From: Eledone cirrhosa
Lineage: Eukaryota
Direction of reading: 5' to 3'
Assembly (NCBI GenBank): GCA_964016885.1
Contig: OZ024743.1
Coordinates: 323,826,001-323,890,000, forward strand
Length of the DNA: 64,000 bases
Numbering within the stretch: position 1 is the stretch's first letter; each line of letters starts with the position of its first letter. Both the position numbers and the translations under genes were made by a program. The notes beneath the pieces are model-generated. The model was not told the DNA's origin, did not search any database, and saw only the letters and a list, made by a program, of their open reading frames with translations. Shown here one piece after another: positions 23,812 to 36,145 of this stretch.

Positions 23812-26800
23812 TGTTCACATGTTTATTGCTAGAGTTAACCGTTCATATGTTTATTGCTAGAGTTAACTGTTCACACGTTTATTGCTAGAGTTAACTGTTC
23901 ACACGTTTATTGCTAGAGTTAACTGTTCACATGTTTATTGCTAGAGTTAACTGTTCACATGTTTATTGCTAGAGTTAACCGTTCACATGTTTATTGCTAG
24001 AGTTAACTGTTCACATGTTTATTGCTAGAGTTAACTGTTCACATGTTTATTGCTAGAGTTAACTGTTCACACGTTTATTGCTAGAGTTAACTGTTCACAT
24101 GTTTATTGCTAGAGTTAACTGTTCACATGTTTATTGCTAGAGTTAACTGTTCACACGTTTATTGCTAGAGTTAACTGTTCACACGTTTATTGCTAGAGTT
24201 AACCGTTCACATGTTTATTGCTAGAGTTAACTGTTCACACGTTTATTGCTAGAGTTAACTGTTCACATGTTTATTGCTAGAGTTAACCGTTCACATGTTT
24301 ATTGCTAGAGTTAACTGTTCACATGTTTATTGCTAGAGTTAACTGTTCACATGTTTATTGCTAGAGTTAACTGTTCACACGTTTATTGCTAGAGTTAACT
24401 GTTCACATGTTTATTGCTAGAGTTAACTGTTCACATGTTTATTGCTAGAGTTAACTGTTCACACGTTTATTGCTAGAGTTAACCGTTCACATGTTTATTG
24501 CTAGAGTTAACCGTTCACATGTTTATTGCTAGAGTTAACCGTTCACATGTTTATTGCTAGAGTTAACCGTTCACACGTTTATTGCTAGAGTTAACCGTTC
24601 ACACGTTTATTGCTAGAGTTAACCGTTCACATGTTTATTGCTAGAGTTAACCGTTCACATGTTTATTGCTAGAGTTAACTGTTCACATGTTTATTGCTAG
24701 AGTTAACAGTTAACATGTTTATTGCTAGAGTTAACTGTTCACATGTTTATTGCTAGAGTTAACTGTTCACACGTTTATTGCTAGAGTTAACTGTTCACAC
24801 GTTTATTGCTAGAGTTAACTGTTCACACGTTTATTGCTAGAGTTAACCGTTCACATGTTTATTGCTAGAGTTAACTGTTCACACGTTTATTGCTAGAGTT
24901 AACCGTTCACATGTTTATTGCTAGAGTTAACCGTTCACATGTTTATTGCTAGAGTTAACTGTTCACACGTTTATTGCTAGAGTTAACCGTTCACATGTTT
25001 ATTGCTAGAGTTAACCGTTCACATGTTTATTGCTAGAGTTAACCGTTCACATGTTTATTGCTAGAGTTAACCGTTCACATGTTTATTGCTAGAGTTAACT
25101 GTTCACATGTTTATTGCTAGAGTTAACTGTTCACACGTTTATTGCTAGAGTTAACCGTTCACATGTTTATTGCTAGAGTTAACTGTTCACATGTTTATTG
25201 CTAGAGTTAACCGTTCACATGTTTATTGCTAGAGTTAACCGTTCACATGTTTATTGCTAGAGTTAACTGTTCACATGTTTATTGCTAGAGTTAACCGTTC
25301 ACATGTTTATTGCTAGAGTTAACTGTTCACACGTTTATTGCTAGAGTTAACTGTTCACACGTTTATTGCTAGAGTTAACCGTTCACATGTTTATTGCTAG
25401 AGTTAACTGTTCACATGTTTATTGCTAGAGTTAACCGTTCACATGTTTATTGCTAGAGTTAACCGTTCACATGTTTATTGCTAGAGTTAACCGTTCACAT
25501 GTTTATTGCTAGAGTTAACTGTTCACATGTTTATTGCTAGAGTTAACTGTTCACACGTTTATTGCTAGAGTTAACCGTTCACATGTTTATTGCTAGAGTT
25601 AACTGTTCACATGTTTATTGCTAGAGTTAACCGTTCACATGTTTATTGCTAGAGTTAACCGTTCACATGTTTATTGCTAGAGTTAACTGTTCACATGTTT
25701 ATTGCTAGAGTTAACCGTTCACATGTTTATTGCTAGAGTTAACTGTTCACACGTTTATTGCTAGAGTTAACCGTTCACATGTTTATTGCTAGAGTTAACT
25801 GTTCACATGTTTATTGCTAGAGTTAACTGTTCACATGTTTATTGCTAGAGTTAACCGTTCACACGTTTATTGCTAGAGTTAACTGTTCACACGTTTATTG
25901 CTAGAGTTAACTGTTCACACGTTTATTGCTAGAGTTAACCGTTCACACGTTTATTGCTAGAGTTAACCGTTCACATGTTTATTGCTAGAGTTAACCGTTA
26001 ACGCGTTTATTGCTAGAGTTAACCGTTCACACGTGTATTGCTAGAGTTAACCGTTCACACGTTTATTGCTAGAGTTAACTGTTCACACGTTTATTGCTAG
26101 AGTTAACTGTTCACACGTTTATTGCTAGAGTTAACCGTTCACACGTTTATTGCTAGAGTTAACTGTTCACATGTTTATTGCTAGAGTTAACCGTTCACAT
26201 GTTTATTGCTAGAGTTAACTGTTCACACGTTTATTGCTAAAGTTAACTGTTCACACGTTTATTGCTAGAGTTAACCGTTCACATGTTTATTGCTAGAGTT
26301 AACTGTTCACACGTTTATTGCTAGAGTTAACTGTTCACACGTTTATTGCTAGAGTTAACCGTTCACACGTTTATTGCTAGAGTTAACTGTTCACACGTTT
26401 ATTGCTAGAGTTAACTGTTCACACGTTTATTGCTAGAGTTAACTGTTCACAGGTTTATTGCTAGAGTTAACCGTTCACTTGTTTATTGCTAGAGTTAACC
26501 GTTCACACGTTTATTGCTAGAGTTAACCTTTCATATGTTTATTGCTAGAGTTAACTGTTCACACGTTTATTGCTAGAGTTAACTGTTCACACGTTTATTG
26601 CTAGAGTTAACTGTTCACACGTTTATTGCTAGAGTTAACCGTTCACATGTTTATTGCTAGAGTCAACCGTTCACATGTTTATTGCTAGAGTTAACCGTTG
26701 ACACGTTTATTGCTAGAGTTAACCGTTGACACGTTTATTGCTAGTTAACCGTTCACACGTTTATTGCTAGAGTTAACCGTTCACGCGTTTATTGCTAGAG

Positions 26801-27927
26801 TTAACCGTTCACATGTTTATTGCTAGAGTTAACCGTTCACGCGTTTATTGCTAGAGTTAAACGTTCACGCGTGTATTGCTAGAGTTAACCGTTCACACGT
26901 TTATTGCTAGAGTTAACCGTTCACACGTTTATTGCTAGAGTTAACCGTTCACACGTTTATTGCTAGAGTTAACCGTTCACGCGTTTATTGCTAGAGTTAA
27001 CCGTTCACGCGTTTATTGCTAGAGTTAACCGTTCACGCGTTTATTGCTATAGTTAACCGTTCACGCGTTTATTGCTATAGTTAACCGTTCACGCGTTTAT
27101 TGCCATAGTTAAGCGTTTACGCGTCTATTGCCATAGTTAAGCGTTCACGCGTTTATTGCCATAGTTAAGCGTTCACGCGTTTATTGCCATAGTTAACCGT
27201 TCACGCGTTTATTGCTATAGTTAACCGTTCACGCGTTTATTGCTATAGTTAACCGTTCACGCGTTTATTGCTATAGTTAACTGTTCACGCGTTTATTGCT
27301 ATAGTTAACTGTTCACGCGTTTATTGCTATAGTTAACTGTTCACGCGTTTATTGCTATAGTTAACCGTTCACACGTTTATTGCTTTAGTTAACCGTTCAC
27401 ACGTTTATTTCTATAGTTAACCGTTCACACGTTTATTGCTATAGTTAACCGTTCACACGTTTATTGCTATAGTTAACCGTTCACACGTTTATTGCTATAG
27501 TTAACCGTTCACGCGTTTATTGCTATAGTTAACCGTTCACGCGTTTATTGCTATAGTTAACCGTTCACGCGTTTATTGCTATAGTTAACCGTTCACGCGT
27601 TTATTGCTATAGTTAACCGTTCACACGTTTATTGCTATAGTTAACCGTTCACACGTTTATTGCTATAGTTAACCGTTCACACGTTTATTGCTATAGTTAA
27701 CCGTTCACACGTTTATTGCCATAGTTAACCGTTCACACGTTTATTGCTATAGTTAACCGTCCACACGTTTATTGCTATAGTTAACCGTCCACACGTTTAT
27801 TGCTAGAGTTAACCGTTCACACGTTTATTGCTAGAGTTAACCGTTCACACGTTTATTGCTATAGTTAACTGTTCACACGTTTATTGCTATAGTTAACTGT
27901 TCACACGTTTATTGCTATAGTTAACTG
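23812..27927. repeat. 28-bp satellite array, ~147 copies
   Basis: Unit GTTCACAYGTTTATTGCTAKAGTTAACY; period 28 (23821, 23849...); no spacers. Confidence 0.97.
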
Positions 27928-28394
27928 ATGAAGCAGCACCAAAACCACAGTAACATAGTTTAGCCCCAGTGGCACCAGTTACCCTAGCAGCACCAGCAGC
28001 ACTAATTCCACCAATTTTTAGGATTCAGTAAGGATTAGTTAGCAGTTATTTCCTCAAGACATTAACCTAAATCACTTGAAATTTCAGGTTAACGACTCTC
28101 TATCTTACTCTCCTTCACTTTTCCCTCATCTTCTCTCTTCTCCTTCTTCCTCATTTCCTTCTCTCTCACTCTCGCTTTTCCCTCCTCTCTCTTTTTCTTT
28201 CTCTTGTTTCACCTTTCCCTCTCTCTCCACCTCATTTATTCCCCACCCCTACCTCAATATCTTAAATTACATTGCTGAAGGTGATTACTACAACATTACA
28301 ACATATATATAGATAGGGTAAAATATATAGACTGATGCCTATATATATATATTAATCACCATCGTCACTGTTTAACATCTATTTTCCATGCTAT

Positions 28395-28464
<70 letters not shown>

Positions 28465-28791
28465 CACACACACACACACATGTGTGTGTGTTGGTGCCAA
28501 ATAGCTTAAAGGATAGATGGAGAAAAGACTGAACAAGAATTTAAACTGAGCAAATGAATAAGTAAATATAAGCTCCTTTCAAGTGTAGAAATATTGAGCT
28601 AACTATCCCCAGATTTAGAGGGTGGGGTGGATATATGGGTTCCAGTTCCCTAGAGATGTGGGTCAATGGAACACCCTTTAGTGGGGGTAGAATCACTCTT
28701 GAACGAGCAATGTAAACAACTTAGCCTCTTTAGAAAACATACAACTGGCTTTTACAGAGTTCATGTGAAATGGTCCAGATGTTGTTGTTGT

Positions 28792-28830
<39 letters not shown>

Positions 28831-29256
28831 TGATAACAACAACAACAACAACAATAGCAATTTACTTTTCTACATCTTGGAAACACCTTAATACATATAA
28901 AATGATGTCGAAAAAAACAAAACCAAAATGAAATTTACAGCTCACACCTATGAGATTTAGCTGGCTCATAGGAGGTTTCTTGGGTATTTTAATGATGGAG
29001 GGGGTCAAGTCTTATCCTGAAAAACAATGAGGAATGAAGTGTCTTGTTCAAGAATACAGCACACCACTCAGTCCAGTAATTGAACCCAGAACCTTATCAT
29101 TCTGAGTTCCAAACTCTAAATACTATGGTAATGATATATATATGTGTGTGAATATTAAAGCATATATGATATGTTTACATATAGTACACATACAAGAGTC
29201 TTGCTATAAATGTCTTAGGCTGTGATCATGTCACAGCTATCTCAGTAGCTAGTGAC

Positions 29257-29303
29257 AATATCAGACAGCTGTTTCTGGATGTTTATCCATCATCAGTGAC
29301 ATT
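29257..29303 (-). ncRNA. Minimal type-I hammerhead ribozyme, apparently intact
   Basis: Minus strand AATGTCA-CTGATGA-TGGAT aaac ATCCA-GAAAC agct GTC-TGATATT: 7-bp stem I (one GU), 5-bp stem II, palindromic stem III ACAGCTGT, GUC cleavage triplet. Confidence 0.8.
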
Positions 29304-30342
29304 TACTCTTATTGTACTGAGACAAGAAAAAGCAAAGTTCATATGTTTTTGTTTTGTATGAAAGATCAACTGGGGATGTTTATTTGCATATAGAGCAAAG
29401 TTGATAGGTTGGGATTAAATAGCAGCAGCACGAACATAGTGGGGTTCATGTTTATGACATGTATATGTTTACATATATAAATATTATATAAACATATATA
29501 TAACATATCATCATCATCATCATTATCGTTTGAAGTCTATTTTCCATGCTAGCTTGGGTTAGACAGGTTGTCTCATCTGAGGCAAGTCAGGTTAGGTGAT
29601 TGTGTCTTACCCATACAGAACTGTGCTGGGTGCTTTTTGTTGTGGCGCCAAGTCAAAATGACCACTTTATAGTGTGGACTAGGGACTGGAGCAATGGGTG
29701 TAAAGGTGTAAGAGAAAGGTGAAGTGATCAGGATGTGGGTGGGGTGTTAGGGCATGGGAGGTGTATAGAAGGGATATATATGTATGTAAATATAGGTTAT
29801 ATCGAATAATAATAATTGTTTCTACTTTTGGCACAAGGCCAGCAATTACCCAGTGCATTACTGGTACTTTATTTTATCGACCTCGTAAGGATGAAAGGCA
29901 AAGTTAACCTCGGCAGGATTTGAACTCAGAATGGCAAGAGCTTTCACCATATGGCAATCATCATATATCGAATAATATTAACATTCAATTCATTTGCAAG
30001 CAAACGACCTCATTATGCTGTTTTGTTTTTGATGACTATAGTCATCCATTTGTTCAACAGTAGCATCAAGGAACATAAGTCCTTCTTCAGGAAAAAAAGA
30101 GTTTGACAGGGGAAAACATTTTTTAAGAAGGCTAGAGTTGGTAGTCAAGTAGTTTGGTGTTTGGGAGTGAGGCCTGAGGTGAAGTGTCCAGATGTGTCAT
30201 GGGTGTTGGTTATGTGTGTGCAGATAGATATGGGTGCACATTATTGCTTGTGTGTGTGTATATATATACATGTGTGTCTGAGGTTTTTGTATTGTTTGTG
30301 TGTATGTGTATGTTTTTGTATGAGTGTGTATATGTGTGTGAA

Positions 30343-30384
<42 letters not shown>

Positions 30385-30387
<3 letters not shown>

Positions 30388-30657
30388 TACCACAACATCC
30401 AATCCTACATAAATGAGGTCATGTAGGTGTCACGACAAAAAAACACACAATCCACACTGTAATGTGGCCGTGTAGGTAACACGGTAAAAACCTCCCAGTC
30501 CACACTGTAAACGTGGTTGGTGTTAGGAAGGGCATCCAGCCGTAGAAAACCTGCCAGACAGTCCTATATGAGCAAGACAACCAATTTTGCTTCAAGTGGG
30601 ACAATTCCATGCTAGCGTGGAAGATAGACGTTAAACGATGATGATGATGATGATGAT
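30385..30657 (+). mobile_element. RTE 3'-region-only copy with (GAT)n tail
   Basis: Closely matches the reverse complement of 10095-10385. Confidence 0.85.
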
Positions 30658-30704
30658 ATATATATATATATACAGTATATATATATATATATATATATAT
30701 TTAC

Positions 30705-31530
30705 TTGAACACTTTAATCAAAAGTGTTTAAGACAAATCCTAAACATCAAATGGCAATAAAAAATACCTGGCACACAAATCCTTATAGATGCTGGTTGCA
30801 TGAGCATTGAATCTACCATCATATCCTCTCAAATACATTGGGTAGGCCATGTTGTGAGCATGAATGAGGAGAGACTCCCAAAACAACTATTTTACAGTCA
30901 CTGGGAAACGCCCTCAGCACAAACAAAGAAAAAGATATAAGGTTTGCATAAAAAACAACCTTAAAGATCTACAGTTTGAAATTCAAAACTGGGAAGTGCT
31001 TGCTTCAAAGAGGGGTAAATGGAGAGGACATGTGAAGGAAAGCTGCAGAATGTTTGAAGAGAGACATCTTGATCTTGAAAATCTTAAATGTCAGCTTCAA
31101 AGCCACAGTATGAACCTCAATAAGAACATGGGGAGCTGGAGCAGGAGTTGTGAGGTACGTGGCCGTTTACTGCTCTCTAAATCTAGGTACATCACTCATT
31201 TAAAATCACATAAAAAGCCAACTGTATGCAGCTCTATCCCTCCAATGCTAGGTGAGACAACATGTGTGGTGTGCAAAAAGATCTGCAAAGCAATCTCTGG
31301 TCTTAAAAGGCATATGAGGATACATAAGGATGACATCCCACAAACTGACCCAATAAATCCAATAGAGGGCACATCTTTTGTCTGTCACATTTGCTGCAGA
31401 CCATGCAAATCTAATGCTGGACTTAAAAGCCACCTAAGGGGCCATGGATGGACGGACGTTTGGAGTTGGTGATAGTTGATGGGGGTGCACAGGGAGAGAC
31501 AGCAATCATCTGTAAAGATGAAGCAAACAC
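30705..31530 (+). mobile_element. RTE/BovB-like LINE 3' fragment with C-terminal C2H2 zinc fingers
   Basis: CLRQILNIKW...HWVGHVV..ERLPKQLFYS (frameshift) GKRPQHKQRKRYK..WEVLASKRGKWR, then three C2H2-type motifs; (TA)n on both sides. Confidence 0.85.
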
Positions 31531-31650
31531 CATATATATATATATATAACGTTAGATGATGATGATTATATATGTATGTGTGTATATATGTATATATATA
31601 TATATATCAAACATTTACATGTAATAAGCATTTTAAAGTTGTATATGTAA

Positions 31651-31871
31651 CCCTTTAGTATTTAAACCAGCTGTATCCAGCCAGAATTCTCACATCTCTT
31701 TCTGTTCAAACTGGCTGTAACAGGCCACTCATACTTATGTTAAGGTATTGTTCTCAAAATAAATAATATAAAAATTTCATAGATTCGATATTATATGAGA
31801 TAATTATGTAAGATAAATTGTCTACAGTGAAAATACAATAGTATATATAGAGTAATATAAATGCTAAAGGG
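31651..31871. mobile_element. piggyBac-type MITE family 1 (opposite orientation to 5115)
   Basis: CCCTTTAGTATTTA...TAAATGCTAAAGGG|TTAA. Confidence 0.75.
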
Positions 31872-33129
31872 TTAAAGTGTCTTCTAGATTTGTTTGAGGT
31901 ATATGTTTTCAGAAATTCACTGACTGTTTAAATAGAGATTACAACCTACAAAGAAGAATTATTTTCTCCAAGACTTGCTGATTCTGATGTTCTCATAAAT
32001 CAAGCAGTCAGCTTGAATAAATATCTATAAGAAGAGTATTTATTTGACATAATTAAGTCTTACGAAATCCTCATCTTGTTTTATTATGATTAGTTGTTCA
32101 CATAATTGAAATTTCTATGCACGATATTAATCATCATCACCAGCATCATAATAGTCTGTTTTCCATACTGCTCATATGTTCCAGTTTAGAATGATTTCTA
32201 TGGCTGGCTGTCCTTGCTAGTGCCAACTACTTTATAGCATGTACTAGGTGCATGACACCGGCATTGCCACTTTGCTTTACAGAATGGACTGGGTGAATTT
32301 TATCATGGCACTAGCACTACCAATTTATAGAATAGTCTGGGATATTTTAATGTAGCACTGGCATTACCAATTTACAGGGTAGGCTGGGTACAATTTACAG
32401 AATGGTTTAGGTCCAATGTAGCACTGGCATTACCAATTTACTGTGACACCAGGACTACCAATTTACAGAATGGTCTAGGTACATTTTAATGTAGCACTGG
32501 CATTACCAATTTACAGAGTAGTATGGGTACAATTTACTGTGGCACCAGCACTACCAATTAACAGAATGGTCTAGGTACAGTTTAATGTAGCACTAGCATT
32601 ACCAATTCACTAAATGTAGTGGGTGTATTACAGTGTGGCATTAGTATAAATAATAATTATTTTTGTGAATTAACAATATAGCCAATCCAGACTATTTCTA
32701 CCTACAATCAGTATTGAGTATTCATCTGAAATGGTTCTTTCTTACTCTTGTAGTAAGAAAAATCAATAAACATATAAAAAGATTATAAATTATGGAGTTT
32801 TCTATATTTAACCATTTCAATACTAACCCGGCTGAAACCACCCCTGGTTATATGATATAAAACTGTTTGTTTTAAAGTATTTTTATTTATCTAAAGCCTT
32901 TCCATCATAATTTTTGTGTAACAGCCTTTCTTAAGTTATGTTCCAAACACCAGCTTCATAATGATAATGTTAGTAAATTTACTAAATCCCTTAAATTTTT
33001 TTATTGTTTTTAAAATATGCAAATCATAGGTAGTGACTTTCATTAGTAATATGGTAATGTATACAAGCAAACAACTACCTACCCACTAGGTAACACAGTG
33101 ATTTACTGAGTTATTAATAATTGAACATT

Positions 33130-33360
33130 CTATTAGAAGAAGCAAAGAAGAATTGATTCAGCAATATTGTCTGTATATCCCAACATCATGAGGGGTAAAG
33201 AGGCAGAGGTAAAAAGAAACCAAGCTATGTGAAGCATATTGTTGGTTACCTTAGTTATGATGTCCAACTGGAAGAGAATGAAATACATAGAGCTGCGAGG
33301 GACAAAATGGCACGCAAATCTATTGCTGAGGCTGCCTCTTGTTTCTTCACACAGAGCCAA
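33130..33360 (+). mobile_element. Degenerate RTE-like 3' fragment
   Basis: Broken translation RRSKEELI..P.HEG.RGR..PSYVKHI..EENEIHRAARD. Confidence 0.45.
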
Positions 33361-34041
33361 TTTAGTAATATAGTATTAATCATCATCATCGTTTAATGTC
33401 CACTTTCCATGCTTGAAAGGATTGGACAGGTCTAGATAGAGCAACTCAGTATTGAAACAGGGCTACTGACCTCCCAGATAGAAAGTGGGGTGGGGGGCAT
33501 CTCGCATTAAAATATAAGAATAATAATTATGAAGTTTTCATTATTCAAGCAGTCAGCTAGTAGTAACACTTAAAATCCTGTGATGATTTAGCACAAAATA
33601 TCTAAAAATCGAGTCTGTTAATCTAAGTGTTTGTAGTATCTTTATATTTGTTTGTAGTATCTTTATATTTGTTTATAGTATCTTTACTATTGTGAAAATT
33701 TGAAGTAAACTTAACTTTAATTTTTAATGAACTACAGTAATAGTTCTGTTTTGGACTTTTAAAGAATGTCTATATAAGATAAATTATGAAATAGATTTAT
33801 TAGGCAAGTGTTTTCTACTCTAGTTTGCGTATAAAATAGTAATTAGATGTCTAATACATTGATATGTATAAACACTGAACACTAGACCATCCAACCCAAT
33901 GAAGGAGAAAATAAATATTGAAGACAACAGTTTTATGATGTGTAATAGTAAGTAATAGTGTATATTGGTATGTGACAATGTGTAATTATATGTGATAATT
34001 TGTATTAGTATATGATCATGTATAACAATAATATGTAATAG

Positions 34042-34330
34042 TGTCAGGTCAGGCTTCTGCCTGCTACTGGTACCATATAGCCAGTACAACCTGCTTCATG
34101 GTCGAGTGGTCAGCGACTAAACCGGTTCCCCCACTGCACAAAGGGTGAATGAACTCCTGAGAGTCAATGGCTATTCACCCCAATTATGGGTTAAATAGTC
34201 TCACTAACCCACAATTGGCCAAGCCTGGTGAGTACAGCTACACCCCTGGCATGACCAAAACCAAACAGAAAACGGTAGTGGTCAACCAGGGAGGGGTTCC
34301 TCCAACAAAAGTGAGAAGGTCCTGGATTGG
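34042..34330 (+). mobile_element. Probable retroelement 5'-end fragment, paralog of 52239-52520
   Basis: Shared GTCAGGTCA...TGCTACTGGTA...CCAGTACAACCTG...CATGGTCG...GCGACTAAAC and GAGTCAATGGC; RTE assignment is from memory. Confidence 0.5.
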
Positions 34331-34588
34331 AATAGTATGTATTAGTATGTAATAGTGTGTAATAATAATTAGTAATAAAAAAGAAAGCACTTGATTGTCA
34401 GATTGGACCAAGGAAACAATGTTTCCATTACTGATACTATCTGTTGGTCACAACTATTGGCAGAAGGAGGCAGGATTTGAACTCAGAGAGCAGAGAGCTA
34501 GAATAAATAATATAGCATTTAATCCAATGCTCTAATGACTGTTAATTTACCACCAATAAATATACATACATCTCTTCCACTCTGTGTT

Positions 34589-34634
<46 letters not shown>

Positions 34635-35864
34635 AACATTGTATAAATAATGTCATCTTGGATATTTTCGATGTTTTTTAAGCTTATGAAACATTTTCAA
34701 GTATAAGATGTTTCTGTTTTTCACTAGCCAACTAAATGATGATATTTAATTCTTCCATAAAAGACCAATTCTATAAAACCAGAATATAATTCCAAGAATG
34801 TCTTGCTAGAAATGAAGACAATGTTATCAGAGGATAAAAATATTTCAGTATGGAAACGGTAATTGCTTTACAATCAAAAAGGTTGAAGAGTGAACCAAAA
34901 GAAATAGAACTGAAAAATGCATAAAAGATCATATAAAATGCTCTTTATAGTGAAAAAAAAGTTAATGCTTTAAAAACATAAATAGTTAATCTATTGTTGT
35001 CATTATATAATACCATTTACTTAGTAACTACTAGCTCAGACAATACACAAAGCACTTACTATTAGATCTTAGCATCCAATTTCACTATATCATCATCATT
35101 TAACGCCCGTTTTTTTCTGTTTGGAAGGGTCGCAATGGACTAAGTCAACCAGTACTTAATCAGACCTACTGACCTCTCAGATGAGCCAGGGGCCACGTCT
35201 TGCTTACATATGTTTCAGTTTTAGCCTGGTTTCTACATTTGTATGCCCTTCTTATCCTCAACCACTTTACAGAGTTTTTTTTACATTTCATTGTAGTACC
35301 AGCACCTGTCCTTGACACAACTGAAGATTCCTCTCAAACCTTTGTTTGGCATGGTTTCTGTGGCTGAATACCTTTCCTGATGCCAACCACTTTACAGAGT
35401 GCATCTTATTGTACTGGCACTATATCCCCTCCCCCTACACACACACACCATCATTTTTACATTCATTTTTTTCATACTTGCAAGGATTAGACAAAATCTC
35501 TTTTTTTGTAAGTTTTTTCTATGACCAGTCTAGCCTCAGGCTCTGACAATCTGTCCAACCCATACCAGCATAGAAAGTGGACATAAAATGATGATGATGA
35601 TGATGATTACTATGCAGATCACCCAGTTCAGTACTCTGATATTTAACTTACTAAAATAACTTAGTAAAACCCCCCACAAAACAAACACAGCCTTCTCACA
35701 GTATTCACTTTACTATACACAACCCCAATAGACAAAGAACCATTCTTATAGGTTCTGAATTTGTATTTTCTTAGTCTTGAAGAAAAAAAGGGTTATCAAG
35801 TGATCTCTGTGTACAAGACAACAATGTTGAAATTATGAACATAATTCTCTCTCTATCATATATG

Positions 35865-35929
<65 letters not shown>

Positions 35930-36025
35930 CTTTTGATATATGTTTCTTTATATCTTTCTCTTGCTTGATATATCCCTTTTAATCTGTGTGTGTGTGTATA
36001 AAGATACACATACACACACATATAT

Positions 36026-36062
<37 letters not shown>

Positions 36063-36093
36063 CGTTAAACGATGATGATGATATACACATACA

Positions 36094-36145
<52 letters not shown>

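Noticed and set aside
23812-27927. CRISPR array (28-bp repeats)
   Set aside because: Units are contiguous with no unique spacers, no cas genes, eukaryotic context.
30864-31472. Host C2H2 transcription factor gene
   Set aside because: Continuous with frameshifted RTE motifs and ends in a LINE-type tail within (TA)n.
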